From sequence record SRR22947727_1803: DNA of 45,453 bases, one strand, 5' to 3'. The notes under the pieces were generated by a model, which was not told where the DNA came from, did no database searches, and saw nothing but the letters and a program-made list of their open reading frames with translations. The stretch's first letter is position 1; the number at the start of each line of letters is the position of its first letter. A program made the translations under genes and the position numbers. Of the stretch, positions 1-10,700 are shown piece after piece.

Positions 1-1
1 A

Positions 2-274
2 AATCTTGAATCAGCTCTATCCATATCCTCAACAGTCATTCAAACTTGTCTAACAAAAATAAATGGGCAACTTCCAAAAGAAAGTGAAGTTTCTGACTAT
101 GTGAACTTTCTAAAACCCTATGAAAAAAAAATAACTAGCATTCATTTATATAGTCTTGCTAGACCCACCGAACAGAAAACGCTTTATAATCTTGGGAGGC
201 TCAATGATCAAGAAATGATTCGGATTGCTGAAAAAATGAATGAACTTTCCATACCAATTTTTACATTTAGCTAA
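2..274 (+). CDS. 3' part of a probable radical SAM protein (COG0731-like), truncated by the window edge
   Basis: Translated by hand in frame 2: NLESALSISSTVIQTCLTKINGQLP...IHLYSLARPTEQ...IPIFTFS*, open to TAA at 272-274, which directly abuts the next ATG at 275. The IQTC and LYSLARP segments resemble the C-terminus of that family; the CxxxCxxC motif would lie outside the window. Confidence 0.55.
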   Translation, partial: NLESALSISSTVIQTCLTKINGQLPKESEVSDYVNFLKPYEKKITSIHLYSLARPTEQKTLYNLGRLNDQEMIRIAEKMNELSIPIFTFS

Positions 275-2041
275 ATGAAGTTTATTACTCTAATTCTTTT
301 AGTTTTCTTTTTACTATTTTTTCTTACTAGTTGTGGTCAGCCAGACCAAGAATGGAATTCATATGGAGAAGATCTAACTAATCAACGTTTTTCTAAAATT
401 ACCCAAATCAATAAAACAAATGTTGAAAAACTTGGCTTAGCTTGGCAGTTTCAAACAGGGGTTAAAGCAACATTTCAAGCTACTCCAATTGTACATAAAG
501 GTATTATGTATGTTTCACTTCCCTTTAATAGTGTCGTAGCTTTAGATGCCGTCACTGGAAAAGAGATATGGCGTTACATTCACGAGCTTAATCCAAATTG
601 GAAAATATGTTGTGGGCCATCTAATAGAGGTGTTGCTATCAATGGCAACCAAATATTTTTTGGAACGGTAGATGCTCGATTAATTTCCTTAAATATTAAG
701 ACTGGGGAAAAAATATGGGACGTAAATGTCGTAAAAAATACTGTCCAAACTGAATCTATTAATGATCTTGATCAATCTGATTCAAATAGTGAAAAAAAGA
801 TTAGCGGAGGAACAGGTGTTGGTATATCAATGGCGCCTATAGTTTATAAGGGTAAAGTTATCATCGGTATAACAGGTGTTGGTTATGGGCTGCATGTAGG
901 GGAGGAAGATGACGACACCCCCCTGGGGGCTGTAGTCGGTGTTTCAGGCAACTATGGTCGATCAGGTTTTTTAGCTGCTTACGATATACATTCCGGACAA
1001 AAAATATGGCAATTTAATACAATTGCTGAAACTGGTTGGGAAGGAAATTTTTCCAACTTTATTGAAGATGGGCTTACTTTAAACCGTGATATCTATAAAG
1101 AAAAAGCCAATTTAGAAAAATATCCAAATTCATCAAAATTTGGTGGAGGGTCAGCATGGACTACCCCCGCTGTAGATGAAGAAACAGATACTCTTTTTTT
1201 TGGCACCGGAAATCCATCCCCTCAAATGAGTGCAGAAACTCGACCTGGTGATAATTTATATACTGTATCCATTGTTGCTCTCAATGCTGAAACAGGAAAA
1301 TTAAAATGGTACTATCAACAAGTCCCACATGATATATGGGGTTATGACGTTGCAAGCCCGCCCGTTCTATTTTATGCATATCATAATAATCAAGTCATTC
1401 CAGCGGTTGCCCAAGCAAGTAAAACGGGGTGGCTTTATATAATAAATAGAGATACAGGTGCTCTAATTTTAAAATCTGAAGCTTTTGTACCTCAAAGTAA
1501 TCTTTTTACAGGGGCTTCAAAAGAAGGAACTATTATTTACCCTGGTATTTTAGGGGGGTCTAATTGGTCACCAATAAGTATTAATTCTGATTTAAATCTT
1601 GCGTATGTTTCAGGAATTCATGCGCCCATAAAATATACCCTGCATGAAAAAAATACAGATAATGGAACTACTGAATATACAAGTTCAGAGCCCACCAACG
1701 ATCCACAATGGGGATTACTTTCAGCAATAAATTTATCAACAGGTAAAATTCAATGGCAATATAAAACTCCGCAACCACTGATTGGAGGAACACTATCTAC
1801 AAAAGGTGGATTAGTATTTATTGGCGAAGGAAATGGAAATTTTAATGCTATTGATGCATCTACTGGCAATTTACTTTGGCAAACAACAGTAGATGCCGGA
1901 GTAAATGCTCCACCAATTTCTTATATGATTGAGGGTGAGCAATATATTGCTGTTGTTGCTGGTGGAAACAAAATTATGGGCTTTCCCCAAGGCGACTATA
2001 TAAATGTTTATAAACTTCCAAAATCTGATAATAAAAAATAA
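275..2041 (+). CDS. PQQ-dependent dehydrogenase (type I quinoprotein, alcohol/methanol dehydrogenase superfamily), predicted lipoprotein, non-canonical active site
   Basis: Hydrophobic signal peptide with lipobox LTSC (Cys20); QRFS...QINKTNV..L.LAW N-terminal motif; repeated AxDxxTGxxxW docking motifs; CCGPSNRG vicinal cysteines; GGSAW, GTGNP and QQVPHDIWGYD; C-terminal YMIEGEQYIAV; no CxxCH. Confidence 0.9.
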   Translation: MKFITLILLVFFLLFFLTSCGQPDQEWNSYGEDLTNQRFSKITQINKTNVEKLGLAWQFQTGVKATFQATPIVHKGIMYVSLPFNSVVALDAVTGKEIWRYIHELNPNWKICCGPSNRGVAINGNQIFFGTVDARLISLNIKTGEKIWDVNVVKNTVQTESINDLDQSDSNSEKKISGGTGVGISMAPIVYKGKVIIGITGVGYGLHVGEEDDDTPLGAVVGVSGNYGRSGFLAAYDIHSGQKIWQFNTIAETGWEGNFSNFIEDGLTLNRDIYKEKANLEKYPNSSKFGGGSAWTTPAVDEETDTLFFGTGNPSPQMSAETRPGDNLYTVSIVALNAETGKLKWYYQQVPHDIWGYDVASPPVLFYAYHNNQVIPAVAQASKTGWLYIINRDTGALILKSEAFVPQSNLFTGASKEGTIIYPGILGGSNWSPISINSDLNLAYVSGIHAPIKYTLHEKNTDNGTTEYTSSEPTNDPQWGLLSAINLSTGKIQWQYKTPQPLIGGTLSTKGGLVFIGEGNGNFNAIDASTGNLLWQTTVDAGVNAPPISYMIEGEQYIAVVAGGNKIMGFPQGDYINVYKLPKSDNKK

Positions 2042-2059
2042 CAATTTAAAAACTTAAAA

Positions 2060-2773
2060 ATGATTAAAATTATTTTTATTTTCTATCACCTTATTATTGG
2101 TTTTTTTCTAGCTCTCTATATTTTATATATAAATGATAAAGCAAAAAAAAATATTATAAAAAAATGGTCAAAAAAACTTCTGCGCATATTTCAAATTGAT
2201 GTAGAAACAAATGAAAACCTTCATAAAATTTTATCAAAAAAAAATTACTTAATCGTAAGTAACCATATCTCATGGTTAGATATTTTTCTGATTAATTCTA
2301 TTTATCCAGTGACATTTTTATCAAAGGCTGACGTTACTGAGTGGCCGCTAGTAGGAAAATTAATTAAAAGTGCCGATACAATTTATATTAATAGAGAGAT
2401 AAAAAAATCACTTTCAATCGCTTCTTTTCAAATTGAAGATGAATTAAAACAATTGAAGAGTGTGTATTTTTTTCCTGAAAGCATTGCGACTGATGGCTCA
2501 AAATTACTCCCTTTTAAAAGTAATTTTTTTCAAACAGCTATTAACACTCAAGTTGATATACTGCCTATTGCCATTAAATATACCTATCAAGATCGCTTTA
2601 GCGCATCTCCATCCTATGCAGGTGATATTACGCTTTTACAATCCATATTAACTTTAGTAAAAAATAAGAATTTGAAAGCAAGCATATTTATTCTCCCAAA
2701 AATATCTAGTAAAAATAATAGGAAAATTATTGCAAATAAAGCACATGAAATGATATATAAAGCGTTAAACTAA
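2060..2773 (+). CDS. 1-acyl-sn-glycerol-3-phosphate / lysophospholipid acyltransferase family protein
   Basis: SNHISWLDI (HX4D) motif, FLSK, YINR and FFPES (FPEG-like) blocks; N-terminal membrane anchor. Confidence 0.85.
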   Translation: MIKIIFIFYHLIIGFFLALYILYINDKAKKNIIKKWSKKLLRIFQIDVETNENLHKILSKKNYLIVSNHISWLDIFLINSIYPVTFLSKADVTEWPLVGKLIKSADTIYINREIKKSLSIASFQIEDELKQLKSVYFFPESIATDGSKLLPFKSNFFQTAINTQVDILPIAIKYTYQDRFSASPSYAGDITLLQSILTLVKNKNLKASIFILPKISSKNNRKIIANKAHEMIYKALN

Positions 2774-2848
2774 TTTATATGTACAGTTATTTTTATTTTG
2801 AATATATAAGTTCATCTCTTTAAATGCATTTTTCTAATTTAAATTAAA

Positions 2849-3136
2849 ATGGTAAATAAAAATTATAATAAAAAGTTAAAAGCTTTAATTGCTTTGAGAT
2901 TGAAGATAGTTCGACCGCTTCTATATATAACTATCCTGCCTTATTTTTGTTTTATTGGTGTGATTGCTTTTAAACCTGAAAAATTTAGTCCGCTCATTTT
3001 TAATACCCATATCTCTTTAGGAATTTTTTTAGGCTTGCTTCTTATCCTGCTAATATTTTTTATTACAATTAGGTATGTTTATTTAGCTAATAAATATATC
3101 GAGCCTCAAATAAATGCTATAAAAAATGATATCTAA
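2849..3136 (+). CDS. DUF485/YjcH-like small membrane protein, partner of ActP
   Basis: 95 aa with two hydrophobic helices and YVYLAN motif; overlaps the actP start by 11 nt, the usual yjcH-actP arrangement. Confidence 0.8.
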   Translation: MVNKNYNKKLKALIALRLKIVRPLLYITILPYFCFIGVIAFKPEKFSPLIFNTHISLGIFLGLLLILLIFFITIRYVYLANKYIEPQINAIKNDI

Positions 3137-4760
3137 ATTATTCTTATTTATCTTATTTTTTTGTAACTTTTCATCTGCGAGTAATGGCAATAATGAAAAT
3201 AATTACATAGCTATCATCATGTTCATTTTATTTGTAACAGTGACCCTTTTTATTACCTACTTAGCTTCAAAAAAATCTTCAACCGCAGATGGATTTTATA
3301 CAGCAGGGGGGAACATTACTGGCTTGCAAAATGGCTTAGCGATATCTGGAGATTTTATGTCAGCTGCATCTTTTTTAGGTATATCTGGACTTGTATATTT
3401 AACTGGTTTTGATGGTTTAATATACTCAATTGGTTTCCTTATTGGGTGGCCCATTATACTTTTATTGATTGCTGAACCATTAAGGAATTTGGGTAAATAT
3501 AGTTTTGCTGATGTTGTTTCTTTTCGTCTAAGTCAAAGACCTATCAGGATATTAGCTGCCTGTGGCTCTCTTTCCACAGTCATTTTATATTTAATTGCCC
3601 AAATGGTTGGTGCTGGAAAATTAATAGAGATTCTTTTTGGATTACCTTATTACTCTGCTGTCATGATTGTGGGTGGATTAATGATTCTTTATGTGACATT
3701 TGGAGGTATGTTAGCGACGACTTGGGTTCAAATTATTAAAGCAATATTATTATTGTTTGGTGCTACAACAATTGCGATTCTAGTTTTATTTCAATTTAAT
3801 TTTGATATAAATCTATTCTTTAATGAGGCTACAAATATTCATAAAAAGGGTATTTCAATTTTATCTCCAGGTGGGTTAATCTCTGATCCTATTTCAGCGG
3901 TCTCATTAGGTCTCGCCTTGATGTTCGGAACGGCTGGCCTTCCCCATATACTAATGCGATTTTTTACTGTTTCTGATGCAAACCAAGCAAGAAAATCTGT
4001 TGCTTATGCAACTGGATTTATTGGCTACTTTTATCTGTTAACCTTTATTATTGGTTTTGGCGCCATAATTCTTATTTCAAATAACCCATCATATCTTGAT
4101 GGTTCCAATACGTTAATTGGGGGAAACAATATGGCAGCTATTCATCTAGCTCATGCTGTAGGTGGTGACATATTGCTAGGCTTTATTTCTGCAGTAGCTT
4201 TCGCAACTATTCTGGCTGTTGTATCAGGGCTAACATTGGCTGGGGCTTCTGCAATTTCTCATGATCTATATGCAAATGCTTTTTTTAAAGGTAAACAAAC
4301 TGAAAAAAGTGAAATGTTTGTTTCAAAAATTGCAACCATTTTTCTTGGAATATTATCTATATATCTGGGCATTATTTTCCAAGATCAAAATGTCGCTTTT
4401 ATGGTTGGACTAGCATTCGCAATTGCTGCGAGCGCAAATTTTCCTTTATTATTACTATCTATATATTGGAAAAAACTTACCACTAAAGGAGCAGTGGTTG
4501 GTGGATCGCTTGGTTTATTATCTGCCATTACATTTGTTATTTTGGGCCCTGTTGTTTGGGTAGACATTTTAGGCAATACCACTCCAATTTTTCCATATAA
4601 ATACCCAGCGTTATTTTCAATGTCGATAACATTCCTGATTATTTGGATTATTTCATCACTTGATAAATCTAAACAAGGAGTTAGTGAAATTAAAAGTTTT
4701 GATGCCCAATATTTCAGATCTCAAACGGGAATTGGAATTGATACAAAAATTTCACACTAA
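3126..4760 (+). CDS. actP: cation/acetate (monocarboxylate) symporter ActP, SSS family
   Basis: [87 protein letters not shown]. Confidence 0.93.
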   Translation: MISKLFLFILFFCNFSSASNGNNENNYIAIIMFILFVTVTLFITYLASKKSSTADGFYTAGGNITGLQNGLAISGDFMSAASFLGISGLVYLTGFDGLIYSIGFLIGWPIILLLIAEPLRNLGKYSFADVVSFRLSQRPIRILAACGSLSTVILYLIAQMVGAGKLIEILFGLPYYSAVMIVGGLMILYVTFGGMLATTWVQIIKAILLLFGATTIAILVLFQFNFDINLFFNEATNIHKKGISILSPGGLISDPISAVSLGLALMFGTAGLPHILMRFFTVSDANQARKSVAYATGFIGYFYLLTFIIGFGAIILISNNPSYLDGSNTLIGGNNMAAIHLAHAVGGDILLGFISAVAFATILAVVSGLTLAGASAISHDLYANAFFKGKQTEKSEMFVSKIATIFLGILSIYLGIIFQDQNVAFMVGLAFAIAASANFPLLLLSIYWKKLTTKGAVVGGSLGLLSAITFVILGPVVWVDILGNTTPIFPYKYPALFSMSITFLIIWIISSLDKSKQGVSEIKSFDAQYFRSQTGIGIDTKISH

Positions 4761-4769
4761 TTTAATACA

Positions 4770-5210
4770 ATGATAACTTGGAAAAAAATTAAAAATTTTA
4801 TTGCATATGGTTCACCAATACCTAAGAATAAAATAATAAAAACTGAAACTGAATGGAAAAATTTATTAAGCGACGAAGTGTTTAATATAACTCGGCGGTC
4901 AGGGACTGAGCATGCTTTCAGTTCTGAAATGTGCTCTAAATTCGAACCTGGACTTTATGCTTGTGCTTGCTGTGATAGTTTACTCTTTGATGCTTCAGAA
5001 AAATATGATTCACAATCAGGATGGCCTTCATTTTCTCAACCCCTAGAAGAAAATTCTATTGGCTATAAAACTGATTCATCAAATTTAATGGTTAGGGTTG
5101 AAGTCACCTGTAATTCTTGTGATGCCCACCTTGGTCATGTATTTCCGGATGGACCTGAACCATCAGGCTTAAGATATTGTATAAACTCTTTGTCCTTAAA
5201 AAGAAAATAA
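4770..5210 (+). CDS. msrB: peptide-methionine (R)-S-oxide reductase
   Basis: GTE, CACC and CNSC zinc motifs, GWPSF, HLGHVFPDGP, catalytic RYCINS. Confidence 0.96.
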   Translation: MITWKKIKNFIAYGSPIPKNKIIKTETEWKNLLSDEVFNITRRSGTEHAFSSEMCSKFEPGLYACACCDSLLFDASEKYDSQSGWPSFSQPLEENSIGYKTDSSNLMVRVEVTCNSCDAHLGHVFPDGPEPSGLRYCINSLSLKRK

Positions 5211-5213
5211 TAT

Positions 5214-6275
5214 TTAGTGAAATTTTTTACTGTAATTTCTTACTGTTTCAAGCATGACTAAAACGTTTTCTAACGGAGTAAACTGTGTAATACCATGCCC
5301 CAAATTAAATATGTGTCCTTCACCAACACCATAATCATCTAATACTTTTTTTACAGCTGATTCAATTACTTTTGGATCAGATAATAATATAGAGGGATCA
5401 AGGTTCCCCTGAAGGGTAACTTGATCTTTAACTTGTTTTCTTGCACTACTCAAACTTGTTTGCCAATCTAATCCAATTCCATCTGCACCAATCTTTGCCT
5501 GTTTTGAAATCCATTGGCCACCGCCCTTAGTAAAAATAATTTTTGGAATGTCTTCAAACCCTAAAATGTTTAAATTTGAAATAATTACCTTCATATAATT
5601 TAATGAATATTGCTCGTATTCATGATGAGAAAGAATCCCTCCCCATGTATCAAATAACATAACAACGTCAGCACCAGCCTTGATCTGACAAGCTAAATAT
5701 CTTGATACAGTCTCCGCATTTATTTTTAATATGTGACTCATTAAGTCAGGACGAGAGTACATCATTTTTTTTACTTTCATAAAATCAGTACCGCCTTGAC
5801 CTTCAATCATATATGTTGCCAAAGTCCATGGGCTTCCTGAAAAGCCAATTAGCGGGACTCTATTACTAAGTGCTTTTTTTATAGAAGAGACTGCATCAAA
5901 AACATAACTTAAGCTTTCTTCAACATCAGGGATATCTAATTTAAAAATTGCTTCTTCGCCGTGTAAGGGATAATTAAATTTAGGACCTTCACCGTCTTCG
6001 AAATAGAGCCCTAATCCCATAGCATCAGGTATCGTTAAAATATCCGAAAATAAAATCGCTGCATCTAAAAATGGATACCTATCAAGTGGCTGAAGAGCTA
6101 CTTCGGTTGCAAAATTTTTATTCTTACAAAGCTCTAAAAAACTTCCTGCTTTTTTTCTTGATTCTCTATATTCCGGAAGATAACGGCCTGCTTGCCGCAT
6201 CATCCAAACAGGTGTGTAAGGTGTCGATTCTCTTCTCAAGGTTTTTAGAAAAGAATCGTTTTGAATAATTGACAT
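5214..6275 (-). CDS. hemE: uroporphyrinogen decarboxylase
   Basis: PVWMMRQAGRYLPEYR, DAAILFSDIL, GFSGSPWTLATYMIEG, HIFNLGHGI. Confidence 0.98.
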   Translation of the reverse strand: MSIIQNDSFLKTLRRESTPYTPVWMMRQAGRYLPEYRESRKKAGSFLELCKNKNFATEVALQPLDRYPFLDAAILFSDILTIPDAMGLGLYFEDGEGPKFNYPLHGEEAIFKLDIPDVEESLSYVFDAVSSIKKALSNRVPLIGFSGSPWTLATYMIEGQGGTDFMKVKKMMYSRPDLMSHILKINAETVSRYLACQIKAGADVVMLFDTWGGILSHHEYEQYSLNYMKVIISNLNILGFEDIPKIIFTKGGGQWISKQAKIGADGIGLDWQTSLSSARKQVKDQVTLQGNLDPSILLSDPKVIESAVKKVLDDYGVGEGHIFNLGHGITQFTPLENVLVMLETVRNYSKKFH

Positions 6276-6296
6276 TGATTTTATAAAAAGAAATTT

Positions 6297-7727
6297 TTAT
6301 CGAGGAAGGGTAGTTGCGCCCATTAAAAACTCATCCACAGATCTAGCACATTGACGACCTTCTCTAATTGCCCATACAACTAATGATTGTCCTCTTCTCA
6401 TATCACCTGCCGCAAAAACTTTATCTTTGGAAGTAGCATATGAGTTTTCGCCTTCCGTCTCAGCTTTTGCGTTGCCTCGTTGATCTTTTTCAACATCGAA
6501 CAATTCTAAAATTTTTTGCTGAGGGCTAACAAACCCCATCGCTAACAGAACAAGATCAGCTTTCAATTTAAATTCTGAGCCAGGAATTTCATTCATCTTG
6601 CCATTTTCCCACTTCACCTTACTTGCAATAAGCTCTTTAACTTTTCCATTACCATCATCTTCAAATGACTTTGTAGCAATAGACCAATCTCTATCACAAC
6701 CCTCTTCATGAGAACTTGATGTTCTCATTTTAAGAGGCCAATATGGCCAAGCGAGCAATTTATTTTCTCTTTCAGGGGGTTGGGGCATTAATTCAAACTG
6801 TGTAATTGAAGCAGCGCCATGTCGATTTGAAGTACCTACACAATCTGAGCCAGTATCACCACCCCCAATTACTACTACGTGTTTATTCGTTGCCATAATC
6901 TGATTATCAAACTTATCACCAGCAACCACCTTGTTTTGAAGAGGCAAAAAATCCATTGCAAAATGAACTCCATCTAAGTCTCTGCCAGGAATTGGGAGAT
7001 CTCTCGGCCATTCAGCACCACCAGCAAGGATCACAGCATCATACTCATCTACAAGTTCATCGGGATTAACGTTCTCACCCACATTTTGATTTGTTTGGAA
7101 TACCACGCCCTCTTTTTCCATTTGTTTTACTCTTCTGTCGATATGAATTTTTTCCATTTTAAAATCTGGTATTCCATACCTAAGAAGCCCACCAATTCTG
7201 TCATTTTTTTCAAGAACAACCACATGATGTCCTACTCGCGCTAACTGTTGAGCGGCTGCCATACCTGCTGGCCCTGAACCAACAATCGCAATTTTTTTTC
7301 CTGTTTTATTTTTAGAAATTTGTGGCAAAACCCAATTATTTTCCCAGGCCTTATCAATAATGGCATGTTCTATTGATTTAATTCCTACTGGATCTGAATT
7401 AATATTTAGTGTACATGCTGCCTCACAAGGTGCGGGACATATTCTACTCGTAAACTCTGGAAAATTATTTGTCGAGTGAAGAACTTCAAGGGCTCCCAAC
7501 CAATCTTGTTTATAAACCAAGTCATTCCAATCAGGAATAATATTATTCACCGGACAGCCATTATTACAAAATGGAATACCACAATCCATACAGCGTGCGC
7601 CTTGAGTTTTTGCTTCATCATCAGACAGAGTTAATACAAATTCTTTGTAATTTTTTACTCTCTCTGCAGGAGCAACATAGTCCTCAGAAAGTCTAGGAAA
7701 ATCTAAGAATCCTGTTACCTTTCCCAT
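6297..7727 (-). CDS. gltD: glutamate synthase small subunit
   Basis: [13 protein letters not shown] Fe-S motif, [34 protein letters not shown]. Confidence 0.98.
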   Translation of the reverse strand: MGKVTGFLDFPRLSEDYVAPAERVKNYKEFVLTLSDDEAKTQGARCMDCGIPFCNNGCPVNNIIPDWNDLVYKQDWLGALEVLHSTNNFPEFTSRICPAPCEAACTLNINSDPVGIKSIEHAIIDKAWENNWVLPQISKNKTGKKIAIVGSGPAGMAAAQQLARVGHHVVVLEKNDRIGGLLRYGIPDFKMEKIHIDRRVKQMEKEGVVFQTNQNVGENVNPDELVDEYDAVILAGGAEWPRDLPIPGRDLDGVHFAMDFLPLQNKVVAGDKFDNQIMATNKHVVVIGGGDTGSDCVGTSNRHGAASITQFELMPQPPERENKLLAWPYWPLKMRTSSSHEEGCDRDWSIATKSFEDDGNGKVKELIASKVKWENGKMNEIPGSEFKLKADLVLLAMGFVSPQQKILELFDVEKDQRGNAKAETEGENSYATSKDKVFAAGDMRRGQSLVVWAIREGRQCARSVDEFLMGATTLPR

Positions 7728-10700
7728 CTACGCTGCCTCCTTTTTTGAAGCGTTATACATTTCATTCAAAGCCCTTTTGTATTCATTTGGCATTACTTTA
7801 GTAAAATTGACTAACTCTTGTTCCCAGTGTTCAATAATTTTCTTTGCAATTTTACTGTCTGTATATTTCAAATGTTTTTCAACAAGCGATTTTAGGATTG
7901 TTTCATCTGCTTTATCTAAATGTCTTGGTCCTGAAGATTGCTCATTTTCTCTTTGAATCCTTTCAAGTGCCACCATAGTTTGATTACATTTAAGGTTAAA
8001 CTGACCCATTGGATCATAGATATAAGCTACCCCCCCTGACATACCCGCGGCAAAGTTTTGGCCCGTTTGCCCCAAAACAACCACCGTTCCTCCTGTCATA
8101 TATTCACATCCATGATTACCAACCCCTTCAACAACAGCTGATGCTCCTGAATTTCTTACACAGAAACGTTCACCAGCAATACCTCTAAAATAGGTTTCAC
8201 CTGATGTAGCTCCATACATCACAGTATTACCAACGATAATATTTTTATCGTCGATTCCTTTAAAATTATGTGGAGGTTGAATTATTATTTTACCGCCACA
8301 TATCCCTTTGGCCACATAATCATTCCCTTCTCCATGCAAGTTGAGGGTAATGCCTTTTGCTAAGAAAGCACCAAAACTTTGGCCAGCTGTTCCCTCAAGA
8401 TTTATTTTTATTGAGTCATCGGGGAGGCCATCGTTGCCATATTGTTTTGCAATTTCATGCGATAAGAGCGTGCCCACCGTTCTATTGGTGTTGCTAATAG
8501 GTATAGAAAATTCACAGGGTTCTTTTGATTTAATTGTATTTGTTGATCGCCTAATTAATTCAATATCAAGGGCTTTATCTAATGCATGATACTGTGTTTC
8601 AGTGTTATATCTTGAGACCTCTTTACCCATATCAGGTTGATAAAATATTTTTGAAAAATCTAATCCTTGAATTTTCCAATGATCAATCCCTTTTTTAGTA
8701 TCAAGTAAATCACTTCTGCCTACTAGGTCGTTAAATTTTTTAATTCCCAATGATGCCATTATTTCCCTAATTTCTTCTGCTACAAAAAAGAAGAAATTAA
8801 CAACATGTTCTGGTTGTCCCGCAAATCTTTTCCTTAATATTGGGTCTTGAGTCGCAATTCCTACCGGACATGTATTTAAATGACATTTTCTCATCATAAT
8901 ACAGCCTTCAACAACAAGAGGAGCAGTAGCAAACCCAAACTCATCTGCCCCAAGCATCGCACCAATGACAACATCACGGCCTGTTTTCATTTGACCATCC
9001 ACCTGAAGAACTATTCGTCCCCTTAATTGATTTAGTACAAGCGTTTGTTGTGTTTCAGCTAATCCTATTTCCCATGGAGTACCTGCGTGTTTTATTGAAG
9101 AAATTGGTGAAGCGCCCGTTCCACCATCATGACCTGCAATAACAATATGATCAGATTTTGCTTTTGCGACACCTGCAGCTACAGTTCCAACTCCAGTTTC
9201 AGAAACAAGTTTTACTGATATGCTTGCATTAGGGTTGGCATTTTTTAAGTCGTGAATCAGTTGCGCTAAATCTTCAATTGAATATATATCATGATGAGGT
9301 GGAGGTGATATCAATCCCACACCTGGAACTGAAAATCTCAGTTTAGCAATATATGTACTTACTTTATGCCCTGGCAATTGTCCACCTTCTCCAGGCTTTG
9401 CCCCTTGAGCCATTTTAATTTGAATTTGGTCGGCTGAAGATAAATATTCAGCAGTCACTCCGAACCGACCCGATGCAACCTGTTTTATTCTTGATCGCAT
9501 TGAATCACCCGCTTTAAGTTTAAAATCAGATTCTATAATATCGGTACCTAGATGTTCTGAGATTAATGAGTCTTTTGTTATTGGAAAAACTCTTTTTTTA
9601 TCTTCGCCCCCTTCGCCCGTATTTGATTTTCCACCAATACGGTTCATTGCAATGGCAAGTGTTGAATGCGCTTCAGTTGAAATCGACCCTAAAGACATCG
9701 CACCGGTGGCAAATCTTTTAACGATTTCTTTAGCCGATTCGACTTCGCTAAGTTTAATAGCTGTATTTTTTTTAAAACTGAAGAGCCCTCTTAATGTTTT
9801 ATGTTTTTTTGTTTGATCATTAATTAACTTGGCATATTCTTTATAAGTTTCAAATTCATTTGATCTAGTTGCATGCTGCAACTTTGCAATAGATTCAGGG
9901 TTCCACATGTGTTCTTCACCTCTGATTCTAAATGCGTACTCACCACCTGCGTCAAGTGCATTTATTAATACCGGGTCATCTCCAAACGCCTTTTGATGAA
10001 TTCTGCTAATTTCTTCAGCAATTTCTTTTATTCCGATACCCTCAATATTTGTTGATGTTCCATAGAAATATTGATCGATGAAATTTTGATTTAAACCCAC
10101 TGCTTCAAAAATTTGAGCACCACAGTATGACTGGTAAGTTGAGATTCCCATTTTTGACATAACCTTAAATAATCCTTTACCCACCGCCTTAATATAATTA
10201 TTTTGAGCCGTGCTCAAATCATCTGAAATACCTTCAATAGTTTTAAAAGCTAACCAAGGGCATATAGCTTCAGCACCATAACCTGCTAATAATGCAAAGT
10301 GATGAATCTCTTTTGCTGAACCCGTATCTACAACTAGTCCTGTATGAGTTCTTAAGCCTTCTTTAATCAAATGTTGATGTGTAGCCGAACACGCTAATAA
10401 TGCTGGGACTGCCATCCGATTTTTTGATACATTTCTATCGGAGAGAATAATTATATTGTAGTTATCTGTTGATTTTTTTGCTAGCTTACAAATTCTATCT
10501 AATTCATTCTCTAATAATTTTTCAAGTGACACCTCTTTTTTTAATTCAAAGGTAATATCTATAGTGCAAGCTTTAAATTTATTATCACTTAAGCTGTCAA
10601 TTGACCTTAATTTATCTAATTCATTTATTGTTAATATTGGTTGGTTGGCTTCAAGCCTAGGCGCGGGATAATCATCCGTTTGATTAAATAAATTTGGCTT

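Noticed and set aside
811-883. 13-bp direct repeat AACAGGTGTTGGT at 811 and 871
   Set aside because: Encodes TGVG twice inside the PQQ gene; explained by the protein sequence and codon bias.
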